Shown: positions 41,901 to 56,900 of the stretch, one piece after another
Numbering within the stretch: the first letter of the stretch is position 1
Layout of the letters: each line of letters starts with the position of its first letter
Assembly: GCA_965644265.1 (NCBI GenBank)
Contig: OZ286460.1
Span: forward strand, 64,852,001 to 64,916,000
Reading direction: 5' to 3'
Origin: Glycera tridactyla
Lineage: Eukaryota
DNA length: 64,000 bases
Notes under the pieces: generated by a model
Database searches by the model: none
Told to the model about the DNA's origin: nothing
The model's input: the letters and a program-made list of their open reading frames with translations, nothing else
Made by a program: the position numbers and the translations under genes

Positions 41901-44900
41901 GGGGGTACTTTGGCAAGTATGATCTGTTGTTGATAAGACATTGTCTATATATGTGTAGGAAATGTATGATATCACAGTTCCAGTTAGTAGAAACGACTGG
42001 ATTGAGTGGATCCAAAAAGAATACATTACACTTGATTTGTTCTCACTGTGGTATTACACTAAAACAGCATTATCGCATATGTGGGGATAGGTAGGACAAT
42101 AGATAATGTGAGTATACTGTATTTTAGATTGATCTTGAAGCCTATTTCATCAGAATGATCTCTTCTCACTTCCATGTTGAATGATGTATGTTATGATACA
42201 CACATGAAAGTCTGTTACTGACTGGGTGTTTCTTTTCTTCGTCGTTGCTAGCAGGAGTCTTCCAGTAGTGGTTCCGAGTGCGATACGGCTAAAGGCAAGC
42301 TGTTCTCCGACAACCCATTCATTTGCCGCACTCCTAGCGCCACCATGGTTGACATGAAAGGTAACCAAATTACTGTTCACCCTTTCATCTACTGGTTGAC
42401 CATTGCCTATTAGATTTAAGTCCCATTCATAACCGATACCATGCATTTTATAATTTGTATGTATGCTTTAACAGTCTGGATACAGCTAGGGTGATATATG
42501 CCTGGATTTAGCTTCTAACATGTATACATGATAGCATATATCCGTTGGTCAATTCATACCATATCCATTATGTACACTATGACCCTTATATGAGTGCCTG
42601 CTCGTATGAATATAGGTATGCCTGCTTTTATTCATACACAGACACATTCATATATACGTGTGTGTGCCTGTTACACACACAGACACAAAACCATGTTTCC
42701 TAAATGTAGAATGACATTATGAAAGTCATACAGTCTGCAGTGTGTATCACTCTACCTACCCTCAGCAGATTTTTCAGTATATTATTTCAACTATTTCGAA
42801 TCTATTGTCAGACCATTGAAAACAATTGTGTGCTACGATTGTGTTGCTATCAGAATATATCCATACATCATCCTAATTCACACTGATGGCTCGTGTCATA
42901 TCATACTCACACATTGTTTTCAGATGTTTAGTTGATAATTCCCACTTCAGCATTTGTGAGTTACAATGATTACAACATTTCAATTATATTGAAATAGGTG
43001 CAGTCTTGTGACTCAGGATGTGATACTGTTGTGATTCATCCTCTGTGACATTTCTAGTCTTATAAAAATCCATTTATACCAAAATCCATTTGTTTTTAGC
43101 TGTTCTACTTACTTTTTATATTTGAATCAACATATATACTAGCATTCGGCTCGACGCCGAATATAGTTACAACCCCATCCACCCTACCTGTATAAGTTAC
43201 CATGTTTTATTCATTCTTATTTCAGACGTCATGGTACTCAAGGACCTTATAGATCATGCATCCGGTAAACGTAGAAGTAAGTGGGGCACTCTGTGGCAAA
43301 TATATAGATCCTCAGAAGTATTGCTCATATCTATGATAAAGTCCAAATACCGAATAAGAGTGAGATTCTTCTGAATCTCATGGTTGAGATGGGTATCGGG
43401 CATAGTGGCCACAATATCACCCTTGTTCGATATCAGACTAAAGTTGAGTTCGTTCAAAAGTTGGACTGAGGTTTAACATTCGGTTCCGTTCGAAATCATC
43501 AAGAAGCATGGTTTCACCGGGGATTATCAGATTATCACATAAAACGAATATACATGAGAGACAGGTGGCTAACTTGTCCCATGGTGAAATAACAAGATGG
43601 GCCTTTTGATTCACTTCTGTTCTTCCTGTTTTCTCAACCATGAACTTGATATATCATATATTGTGGGTCTCTCCTTCGATGGACTTGGTGGTGCTCGTCG
43701 AGAACATGAGAGAAGAAACGGTTGATATGGTGGTAGCAGTGCAGAGTACATTCGTCCCAAACATGAGCAGGGTCTGAGATATAACGTGCCCATGTGATAC
43801 TAATTCACGAGTCATTAGCCTATATCAATACCGACATGACCAGCAGAGGTGATTTTGTTGTGAACAAATATGTGATTGTTCAATTTCAATTTGGACAATA
43901 TGGAACAATCTTTGCAATCTTTAGCCAGGGTTGCATCTACATTATCACATGATCGCCAATGAATTCAGACCTGTGATTAGGAGCAAAATGAATGCGTTCA
44001 TGTCCAGAATCCCTCATCTTGGTATTCGTATGATTGCCTTCCCCCTGATGAGAACGCATATGTTTCGAGAAGATGATGTTAATTCATGTCTGTGACCATT
44101 GATCTCACATCTCATGTCGTTACCAGCAACTGTGTTCATGCTCTTCTAAAAACGTTGCTCCAAAAATGGATACTCATGTATTAATTTGTATTTGTATCTA
44201 ATTGTACACAAATGGTACACAAACGTTTCCAAATAGAGTATATCACATATTACAGAGCGATCTCGTCCAGCCCGCTGGAAGTTCACTCTTTTCTAGATGA
44301 CAGGCATAATTGGCGTGGGCTGGTGTCCAATCATTGGGTTTCAATCCAAAGAAATGTATTTCGATACAAATATGCATCAGAGCATCAGTTTGCAATGTGG
44401 GTGGGTCATCGGAATAGTTTAGGCTTCTTTCATACAGTACTCCATCCTTCGATGATGGGTACTCAAATACTCGAACATCATATCCCTATTCGTTCGTACC
44501 ATTCACACAGAGCATGGGAACTAGATTTCATTTCGATGACCATCATAGTCATTTCTGGATAGTCGTTCGGTATCCATGGAATTTATATGATAAATTGAGA
44601 TGGTAAAATTGCAATCCCATCTTTGGATTGCATCATGATTTTGATAGGGATTGATGAGTGTATGAGTATCTTTCATGAGTTGGGACAGAGCTCACCTGAC
44701 CCATTTTGGCCTAATGCTTTACATCCCATTCCTGCTAATGGCGTACACCTCTTATATGCATTTCGTATAATATCAAACTATAAGTCCCTTTTATTAGTGT
44801 GTGGATACCTCATGGGTACTCATCGTAGTAGTGTTTCCTCAACCATGTGATGAGTACGTAAGTTTGTGGTGGCTTGAGGGTCATCCAATATACTTTATAC

Positions 44901-47900
44901 AATATCAGTTTAGTCATACTGGAGACATTAAAGCGAAGATATAGACTATGGAGTATCTGCCGAGAATGCATCATGAGGGGGCTAGTGTGATGATGTTTCG
45001 ATGTATTTGGTGAAAAACAACAGTTTCAGCCGTCACATCTCTAAGGTATAACCGGATGTTGCACCAACATCCCCTACTGTCACAGCCACTGACTACTATC
45101 AGTGGCATTTGAGGATCAGAAGATTTGTAACTGTTCATCAGAAGTCTAAAATTCATTCTGGAAGCATAATGTTTGATATGATTCGAATGATTAATTTTCA
45201 ACTTTTCAGAATAATTGCATACTCTCGCACAGCCTAACGTTTGGGTAATGCATTGATACACGACTACCTGTTTTTGTAGGTTTCCTTAGCGAGGAAGGCA
45301 TGTCAAAAAAGGATTACATCAAGGCGAGATGTATGCAGCTCTTGTTTGGATGGGAGTGTTCGCCCTGCTGGCACAAGTTTGCCCATTATGTAGAGCTATT
45401 CGTCATGGACGCATTCGTAGATCTTTTCATTACGCTTTGCATTGTGATAAATACAATTTTTATGGCTATAGATCATCACGGCATGAGTGATTCGCTATCA
45501 AATACACTCACCATGGGAAACTATGTAAGTAATCACCAACACAGAGTACCTACCCTACCAGGTTTTCGAAATAGATGCCTTAATGCTATCTGCCCATATG
45601 CATCAACTTTCCAAAATGCGCAAAGGCTAACTATCTCCTCCTTTTTCCATTTCGTCATCCCGTTTCTGTGAATGTGGTTCTAGCAATAATGATAATTGTG
45701 GAATGAGTACAAGAACTATTATTTGTGTGGTTTCTGTACAATAACCTGACATACAGGCTACATCAATTATTGTAGCATAGAGGAGGGGGATGTGATCACG
45801 TTCCAAGAGGTTTTAGTACAAGCTATCTACTATGTAACAGGCTTGGAGTTGACCTCGTATTCTCTCCTATATTCGTGAACTTGTGATAGTTGTATGGTAT
45901 TCTTTCATATTCCAAACATTCTTGGCTCTTTCATCTGTGTTGGGGTGATAACATTGTTGCTGATGATCGATTCAACCCTCTTTAAGAAGAGTATCTGGGG
46001 GTCGAAATATTCTGTTTTTACCACCAAATAGCCAACCACTGAATCCATGGGATAACCTCCTAAAGCACCTTTCTACTTTCCGAATATAGTTGATGGAGAC
46101 AATTCTCTAGATATATTGTTAATTCTGCTATGTATTTCCTGTTTTTGTACAGGTCTTTACTACTATCTTTACGCTCGAGGCATTGCTCAAAATAATTGCA
46201 ATGAATCTAATGAACTATCTTAAGGACAAATGGAACTGCTTCGACATCGTGATAGTTGTACTTAGTCTTGTCGAGCTTGGATTAGCTAGCGTCAAAGGAT
46301 TATCCATTTTGCGTTCTTTCCGTTTGGTGAGTACTAGATTGATATCAATTCTTGGCACTCCAATCTGAAGTCATTTTCCTATCATAGAACACCCATCTGA
46401 AATTCAAGTATTCAAGTGAAACGCTACCAGGTTCAAGATCATCTGGCCCCAGTGATCCCTGGAAGTGGAGTTCAGTTGACCTATTGCTTCCTGAAAATTC
46501 GATACATAATGAATAACGATATATCGCGTTCATACACTGTTGAGCGCTGGAGCAATATGTATGTTTATACTTTGGAAATAATCATATTTAGGCAACAGCA
46601 TATCACCCCAGTCAATATTATGTCTTATTGCAGAACTAATTTAGGCGCTGAATGTAGGACAAAGGTCCAACTCATGTGACCAAAACAGCAGATTTTAGTA
46701 TATCATTACCGAAACAACTATATATTCTCTATCACCTTGCCATACAAAATGTTCTGGTCCAAATATAGGTGTCAGTATCTGTGTCAATGCTTTATATGTC
46801 GATCAGCAGCATGCGGTCAGATTGAGATCTGATAGCTCAACTCTTATACAATGACTGGGTTGCGAAGGTCTTATTGCTGATGTTTGTATTTTGAAATCAA
46901 TAGGCGAGCAGCTGCCAAGTTTCTCACATTACCGAATTACTTTTCTATTCCTCTCACATTTACATATCATTATATCTCCTCATTTTATCAATAAAACTAC
47001 TCGCTATTTTTACGTTGCATGAAGGTTTTGAATCTCGACTTTGAATGAAGACTGCACATTGTTGAAGCTTGTTCGGCATTTGCTGAATGAAGAGAAACAG
47101 CCTGTTCCCATAACCAGTTCGAATGGACCAATTGTCATCGTATACTAGCTACAACCTTCCTAGATTTGTAAAACAATCTTTCTCACCGAGGTTCTTTAGG
47201 ACAGACCCCAGTCGCATATGTTTATTGGCAGATGTTGACCAAATTATCCAGTATGCACAGGATTACTCTCGATATCATATGATGAACATAATTCTTTTCC
47301 ACTGTTTAACTCATAATCCAAAGTTGACATTCAACTTGCAATGAAATCCCTTCGAATCGTTCAAAAGGAAAGCCATATGTTTCTGGTTATGGTAAGAAGC
47401 GATTTTGATTCAACACCAGTCAATCATATTATCAAATCATACATTCTAAGACGCGTATTCAGTAGACTACCACTCTCAGATGGAATCTATGATGCATAAT
47501 TCTTGAACAAGCTTCTATATGCAGAACCTTATGGTATCGAGTTTATGTTTGTATGATTTTTCTTTCACTCAGTAGCTGATTTCAATATCTAAAAATGTTC
47601 CTGCACATATATCTCTCTCATTATTATAAGTAATGCGTGATGGTGGTGTAACAGCTATATTTTCTGGATTCCCTTATTGTTTCATAGACATTGGTGTTAC
47701 CAGCTTATTTCATCTATCCACATCAAATCCCTACGACTCATAAATCATTTTTGTTGATAGCATACATTTAAACTTGCCATGACTTTACTAAACAAAATAA
47801 CAATCTGATTTTGACTGGCATTTTGGTGGTACTATCTCTGATGTCTGTTTTCCTCTATGGTTTCATCAAAATAATCTTTTACAATCTTCGGAGTTTCCCT

Positions 47901-50900
47901 TTATGCAACGTTTGAAGTGTTTTGTGATAGTTAGTGTCATATATTGCATGCTGCCATCGTATAATCGACAACGTATCATATGATAACAGCCTATTGATGT
48001 CAATAGGTCATCCATTTGGTTTAACCTTGGAATGCTGATTATGAACAGGGAGCCATCTTTCAATATCATATTACCATCATTTTTTGCACCCATGTACATG
48101 TACACACACAGACACACACACACATATATATAGTGTGTGGGGTGTGTTTGTGCTTATGTATGTAGCCCCACAAACATAAATACGTACATACATACGTATG
48201 CGTGCATTCATACTTATTGGAAGATGGCAGCTTGTATTTAATCTTAAAACATGAAGAATATTCTGATATTTACTCATACATATATGATTTTTTTTCGTAG
48301 TTTGCATGTTGAATGAATGATATACTCGATTACATTACTCTCTATCATAACTTTGATATCACCATTGAATAATGTTCTTGGCTACCTGGTTGAAAATTGT
48401 CAAGAGTTTGACACATGCTGGTTTTTTTTTGTGTTGCAGCTTCGAGTGTTTAAGTTGGCAAAATCGTGGCCAACACTCAACTTGCTCATTGGAATTATCG
48501 GTAGAACCCTGGGTGCGCTGGGAAACTTGACTTTTGTACTTGCAATTATTGTATTTATTTTTGCTGTGATGGGTATGCAATTGTTCGGACAGAACTATAA
48601 AGATCATGTTGATCGCTTTCCGGATGGCGACATGCCACGCTGGAACTTCACCGATTTTCTGCACTCATTCATGATTGTATTCCGAGTGTTGTGCGGAGAA
48701 TGGATCGAGTCTATGTGGAACTGTATGGTGGTCTCCGGCGCTGTATGCGTCCCTTTCTTTTTGCTCACTATGGTTATTGGCAATTTAGTGGTGAGTACAT
48801 GACTAGGGAGCCGACTCAATAGTTCAGTTTGCTTCGCAAATGAAATCCGCAGAAGACCGCAACGGTCAACCAGAGGTGTGCCCAGGTACAAGTTGTTGGA
48901 AGAAGCTGTTGAATCAGGCAATATTTGGTTATCAATGTGATCCACCACTATGAAACTATCCAGACCTTATATGAAAGAACCGCTTTTGCTTTTTGAAATG
49001 TATACTTTATCTGATACATCTTCATCAAATATCAATACCTAAAAAGCCGACGCAGCAGAGACCTACCCTAGATTACTGATGCAATGTTGCAAGGGGTCTT
49101 GTGTGCAATATCCCAACAGATGGCTTGTGCACAGTTTGATCACAGCTGCCGGTTTCTCTCGCTTCATTCACAGCGTCGACAATGTGACTTCTCCATGTCG
49201 AGAGATGGCACATTTGTCATTGATGGCAGATTCTATGCCCATGCATTTCCAACAACTTCAGGCTGAACACCTCAAATATCAGTTTGATGTACTGAGCACT
49301 CAACTCCAACAACTTGCTGAGTGATCTTTCCAGTCTTTGAGTGGCTTCTCAACTTCTGTGCGGTGGTGGTATTGAGATGTAGCTGGAAATCGGTTACCCA
49401 GTCCACCATTAATCTGATCTAGCCCCAGCCTTACCTGGCCTTCTCCTCTCACTCCCTCATTCTTCAATGAGACATAAGCATTTAAAGCTTTCACCACTTG
49501 CTTCCACCAATAGTAGCTAAAACCTAATTGGTGCTAACCTGGCCCGCTACTCAGATGGCCCGCTAAATTCACTTTGCCCACTGCCTGTAGTATATTACGC
49601 TTTTAGACCATCCATTGCCTAGTTGTTTTACTAACCTCCAATGTACTATATCATCATCAAACATATATTCATTTGTGGACCAACCACTGAACACTGAGAT
49701 GGCACCTTCTAAACTTAGTCTTCACGCGCTCACGTTGGTAGATATGTCATGGTAACATCCTTGCCACACCCTAGTTAGGTGGAATACAGTGAGACAGTGT
49801 GTGACATCCGTCACGTGACATGGAAACACTGGCATTTCATTTGATCAATCACGCTAAACTAACATACTCCAGGCATTCGATTATATCATATCAAAGCGAA
49901 TCTTGCACATTCACATGGTTGAGCACATCTAACCTGTATTCATAAGATGTATATATTGAGATTCCCTTTGGCTATTGGTATATAATATGAGACAATTTCT
50001 ATGATAAAGGCAGCTAATGATTACACGATCTGAGCTACCTTTCCACCAGTGTTTCCTTGCCATATGACCGAGTTAGACCATGACATTATATAGGATGTCG
50101 TTGTGTAAATGATCCTGACTTGAGAGACACGTTTCAACCACATCCCAATGTTTGCTTGATAAATTGGCAATAAGGTTCCTCGTTTGATAGTCAGGTGGAA
50201 TCAATTTTGATGTGGTACATGAATATAGTACTCCAGCTTTGACTGATGTCGAAGTGCACTGTGAGCTACTATGAAAATATCTTGATCCCACCTCTATGTC
50301 ACCAGGGGTCATTAAATGGAACTCATGAGATTACACAAGAAACTTTTTTGATGAAAGTAACCGTTTATAAAATCCTCGAACGGATATCGTTCTCTCATGA
50401 TAGTGACCATTGACAAATTGACGTTGTCCATGTCAGGATGATGTTACTGATCATCCATTATCCAAAGATTGGATGTTGAATTGGTGCGATTATGACATGA
50501 AAAAGGAGCAAAGATTGCTTGTGGTTCATTCGTTGTTTCTGAGGTTCGTTGTCTAGGTACCTCGCCGAATCAGTCATAGAACACAACACGTATGAGGTAG
50601 TTGTCAATGCTGCTCATCTGGTTTCGCGGATACTCTCCCAGTTGGTACGGGGGTGAGCCGAAAACCATGCAGACTTGGCAATCACCTCAAAGGTCCAATA
50701 ATTACTATGACAACTACAACATTACGATCACACCATAGACTCCATTATCACTCATCTGTACTGTGTTTCGGGCCTGGCCATATGCTGTAAAACACCCAAC
50801 TGCAGACTCCAATCTTTGCCATGAAATCGCTTCTCATCCCTCAAAGCCCACTGCAGCATTTCTGTCATTAATGTTTTAAGATCAATCAGAGTACACCTAA

Positions 50901-53900
50901 TCATGCATTCAAATGGCTATTCAGAGAGGTTGGGATTTTCTGTGTCAATTCATATTTGAGATGGTCAAATGTCTCGAATATGTCATAGACGAAGGTAATC
51001 CCAAATTCTGTACATATGGTCAGTCGGAATATCTGAACATCTAGAACTGGTCGGCGTTTTGATATGCCTGAATATACTTTATCGAAATATCTCAAATTCA
51101 GTGTTGAGAAAAGCACGCCTTTTCATCGCCGACATCGATTGGACATAATTTATATTAAATACCCTAATATGGTCATTGATTGAATGAAATTGAAGAAAAC
51201 TGCCATTTTGCTTAAATTGTTATTTATTCAACCATCGCACGTGGCTCGGTATTACCCGTAATCACTCACACAACATTATTATCATCTTTCATCATTTGTT
51301 TCTGTTTCATGGGTCCGAAATTTGAGGGGACCATATACCTGCGTGATTCAGTGTATGGAGAGGGATCTAAACGTTGTGGCATGACATTTGAGTGACCTTC
51401 ACATTATCTCTTCCACTCCGACCTTCTTCCTGTGTCTCTCTCTCTGTCTTTCTTTCCCTTGCTGACTACTCGAACTGTCCTACCTTTTCTACCCTGCCGA
51501 TATTTTTCATAACGTATCTCCAGCAATCAACCAATATCTTAGGTACCTCACACTACTTAGCGAGTTGATGAATCTTGCCGGATGATCATGTGATTCAATT
51601 GGATTGATTGGGCTGGTTTGCGAACAGCAGTCAATTGACCCAAATGAACCACTACAGTTATGTGCATAGTTTTCTCGATCCTCAATGACCACCCGCATTC
51701 ATGTTCCACGATATGTTATCTACATGTGATCATGGAGTTGGTCCGTTATCATCGTTATTATATCGACATGATGATATGTTGCCACTCACATCCCATTAGG
51801 GATGCTTATCATCAGTTTCATGCTCCTTAATTCGCACCATGGGGTATCAGTGAGCACCATTGTACTCGCGGGCATTAACAACTTGGTATTACAACTGTCT
51901 CAAGCATCCTTGAACATTCAAGATGCCTTTCAACAGTTAGAAGTGAAGCAATGAACCTACTTTTATTTCAGTGACAAAACCTTGATTCTATGACTCAAGG
52001 TGAACATAAGTATTCTAGTGGGAAACGGTGAATTCGGAACTATTCAGAAATAGAAAAATCCACTTCGAGTATTGTCTTATTATATGTCACTTCTCGGTCA
52101 ATATAGATGGGAGTACATAAAATCTGGAAAATATCTAGTAGGACACATTTGAGCTGGTTTTGCTCCAGCCAAACCCATTCGATTTCGACGATTCAAACGA
52201 ATTTCACAATACTTACCTTAAATGAAAAATCTTATCAAATATGATACCATATTTGGAGTGGAGGCAGATGTTTGCAGAAGCGGATTATGATATAGTGGGG
52301 TATTGAATATCACCCTAAACATGTCCATCCAACACTGACCATGACAACCAACATAACCCGCCCTTGGCTTGAAAGAAATGAGCCCTTAAATCATCTCACC
52401 ATTTTGGACCAAATGTACTTATCTACTGCTGTCATGAGCAACAAACACGAATAATTAGTCCATATTATGATATAAGACGAGGAATTCCGAGAATATCATT
52501 CCATCTCTCCATCGATATCTCATCAACTATTGTATTCTATTGCCATTAATGCTGATGGATAGTACATTTTGTTCATATATGGTCGACTAACCAGAATTTA
52601 CTGGACAGGACATATCTAATAGCAAAATATATAATATAGCGTGTTAGGTTTCAGTATATTCCAAGTGGTGCTTCACCGCGCCTTCAGCTAAACTAGGTTG
52701 GTAATCACCCACTTGACAGCTCCTCAGATGCTGATTTGAGGTGAAGGCTCAAGTGTCTGCATTATCAACTGCCGCTACAATTAGCTAGCCATTGCACTCT
52801 GATATTCATTCTAACCAAGTGAGAAAAGGTTTACTTAACTCATACAGACACACCATACCGGATAGTGGGAATAAGATACCACAAAGAAATATATTGTCCC
52901 TGAAGATATATCAGACACACCACTCGGTCGGATAGTATGGGGATTTCTCATAGCTGAAGCTAATTGGAACCCCTCTGTTATCCCAACCCTATGGTGAAAA
53001 ACTAATTTTTCAGGAAATATGAAACTGGTGTACCATATTTTACACCTTGAGAATTACGAACATAGACCAAAATTCATTGTCTCATCAAATTATGTATGTG
53101 GCTAAATTAGGCACATTGTGAATAATCAGTTGAAGGGATTTGGAGGGAACCGTCTGTCCATTGATGCAGAGACCATTGAAATGGCGTCTGTGATATGGAA
53201 TCTTTTTATGATGAGGCTACATTTTCGAGATACAACTTTTGTATCTCACAACGGGCTCCAGATACATGATATTGGGAAAGTAATAGAGATTGAAATAAAA
53301 AATAACGAAACTTTGTTCACGCAGAATCCTCAATATCGACAGATTCTGTGCAGGTGAAAAAAATTGATAGGTATATTACAATATGGTGCGGTGTGTTTGG
53401 GAGGTGGGGTGGGTTGATTATTCCACAATTGTACTCAATACCTTGGTTAGACACATGTATTTATGTGTATGTATGTATATGTTAATCTGCGTGTTAAACT
53501 GTAGGTATAATTAGTACATAAAAGCACCCTGATTAATGAGTACTGCCATACTCGATTCGTAACGCTGCTCCAGTAACCAGGGCCTGTCAGTCTGTCTGTC
53601 TGCCTTCAGTCAACAAGCGTCATAACATGCACGATATAAAGGTCTGTATTTCAGTCTTTATTAATTATATTTCAAGCATTTGTCCATGTTTCTCACCTGT
53701 CGCTCTCATGATCTAGCATTTTCCCTAAATTCAATAGTTCAAAATGCTGTTATTGCAAGCCCGTCTATCCCAACGCAACATTGGTTTTATTGAGGCAAAC
53801 ATCATATCCACTTGGAAGTTTACCATGAAATCCTATATCCTGCCATTGGTTACTTTATCTTACTCATCATCACACTAGTGGAAACTATATAAGTAGGAGC

Positions 53901-56900
53901 ATGGGCTGGCGGTGACTCTAACCCGTTTGAGCCCACATTGGGTGATGACACCCCAGCAAAGATATTCTTTGAGAGTGAGATATATATCGAATATGAAAAA
54001 AAGTGAGGACAGATTCACAGAATTGTTGAAGGGTCGGGTATCGGTAACTCACAACCCCTGAAAAATACTTAGTGTGGTGCATGACTAGGACCGATCACTG
54101 AGCTCTTGCACAAATGAAAATAGAAGTAATTGTATGGAAAGTCACATAAAGCTGGTGTATATACTTCAGTTTTAGAGGCACCTAGGCGTTAACGAGACAG
54201 ACAGGACCCGTCAGCTGCACATGCCTATGTACATGCCACCACTTGTCTGTTGGAAAATCAAATGATTGTCAGTCAAACTACTAATCCAGATATGAAGTCT
54301 GCAAGGCATCAGAGGAAATTAGTAGTTTTGTATGGCAGAAATCATTTGTATTTCGCCTGCTTCAATAAAGCGCTCACATCCTTGGCAAGGAATATTCCGT
54401 GTGATCTCCCATTATCCATCATGTTTTTGTACGTAGGGTTTGTGGTCGATAAGTCCATTGCTACCTATCTTTAAGATATATGAATCATTCCGCTGGACGT
54501 TCAGAACCATAACGACGACGGCAATGCTGGTGATGATGACAATGATATTTGCTAATGGTTTTTGCGGTGTCAGTAGCAGTGCTAATTACGAAGTGAAGTA
54601 GCAGCTAACGATGTTCATATTCATGTTCAACATGCTTGGTTGGGCCTGCATGCTTCATAATAGTACAGACCGTATCTGCCTACTTCATACAACCGGCAGC
54701 AAGTTTATCTTTTCTGGAAGCAAGCTTGAGTTCTATAACTGCGACACACTTCGTCAACATCTGAATTCGCCCGTACTCCTTGTCGGAACATATCTCGTAT
54801 GCTCATTTTGGGCCTCCCTATTCATGAAGTCAAATATTCCTTCCATTATCTTTATCATCCGATGTCGAGTCTAGTGTGTTGGAAAGCTGCTGCGTCCGGC
54901 CCGCGTCAGCGACCTGATTTACGTCATGGGAGATTAGCGCTACGCGAATCCGCCCCTGATTGGTCGCTTTGATCACGTGACTATTCGGGCTTTCAACAGT
55001 ACACGGCACTCGATGCATTCTTTATAAATCTAGGTCAATGCCGAAGTAGATTGTTTGTAAATAGTTTTATCATCACAAAAGACATGGACAAGTGGATTTG
55101 CGTCAACGGTACCGAAGAATGTGTCTATGGAATACATGTCAAGAGCAACAATGAGCTGACTGTTGCATTCAATAACGTATTATCAAGGTTTTTACATTGG
55201 AGCTATATTCAGCCTGGGATATCATAAGAATATGTTCTTGCCAGTGAATGTGCTGCACTAATCAGTCATGTGAATAATGTGGTCATACAATTGTTTTCAT
55301 TTATTCGTGAGAGGAAAATGGTTTGGTAACTCAGTCAAATTACTAGCTGACAATTTGGTGGTATTCAAATTTTCAGAATTGAAAGTGGTTTCTGGCTGTA
55401 CGGGACCAGTGCAGCTAGCGTGGTCATTCGAATAAAATTTAGGTCTCCACAAAGATAGGTTTAATCTCAGTGTCATCTCAACCTGATGATATTTTGAATG
55501 GAGACAGTTGAAAAGGTTATTGGAGCAGTGGCGGACTGGTGACGTATTTGCTTGTGTAGTCCTATATCATACATACACATACATACATGATAAGGATTAG
55601 TGTACTTGGCTAGCCGTTCCCATTATATTGGTCTCATTTGAATAGAAGTGAACGCAATAGCCTTGTGGCCTGAGCCATGTTTGCAAATTTATCCACCCAT
55701 TCCCTCTATGTACCCTTTCCTCTCTCTTGTCTGACCACATGATCCAAAACAGTGTATCCACAACCAACCCTATGCATACGGATTTATATACCAATATATA
55801 TATGAGGTGGAGTACTTACTTAAATTAAGTCGTACTAGTGTAACCCGAGCCGACAATTGCCAGCGCACCCAGGCGTGTCTAGTCCGATTTTCCATTAAAG
55901 TTCCTCCATTCTCAGCGCTGGAATTGCATCCAAATTAAAGGTTTAGCACAATGGTGATAGGACAGGTAAAACAAACAAACAAAATCAAGTAAGTTGTTTT
56001 TAAGCGATTCGTTCCAATTCTCATATTTGGCTGATAGGCCATTTTAGGTTGGCTTGTTTGTGAGTGAGCTGTTGGTATAGATGGTATTAATCATTCTACC
56101 CCCGAGATCGTTACTTCTGGCATGGTGGCACCTTCAATTACATTAATAGTTTATAATCATTCAGAACAGTCTTGAACCTCATATCCTGATTTCCCTTCTT
56201 GGTAAAAAAAACTTTTGTTGGGACGTAATTTCCTATATTTTCAATGGTTGTTGTTACCCAAGCGATAACAATGCCAAAACATATGCCCATGAACTTCAAT
56301 TGACCTGCATCAAAATGATGCCGCAGTGTCTCATTCTTTCATAGAATATGGGGAATATACGTGGCTATGGAATATTTACACCACTGGCGATGATATGACA
56401 CCGATTTGGCACCACATGCCGACTGGCATATACTACAGTGAAATGCAGATGTTCTGCGAATTCTGAATTCGAAATGGAAAGTGCAGAATAAAAGTAAAAG
56501 ACTGGGTCTGTTTGTCGTTGACTCGGTATTTTGGAAGCAATGCATCCATCTTGTCTCGTGACATATCTATTCCAATTCTGTCTCTATCATGTAAAGTACA
56601 AAGCGAGGCAAATAATTATAGTTATTATATTATATTATATTATATTGTGATTATTATATTGTATTATATCATAATATTATATTATATTGGTCTGTTGAGA
56701 GCCATGTCAGTTGGACCCATTCCACCACATAGTGGTGCTGTGATGAAGAGAATCAAAGCCACCCACCCCTTGGTCAGCTATCATAACCTTTGAGAAACAT
56801 CACCATGAAATCCAGATATTGAGTATGTCAATGGAAAGTCCTTAAAAGAAATGGGTTTCCTGCATAAAGAAATATCAGGCGTATCAGTGCATGGAAGACG

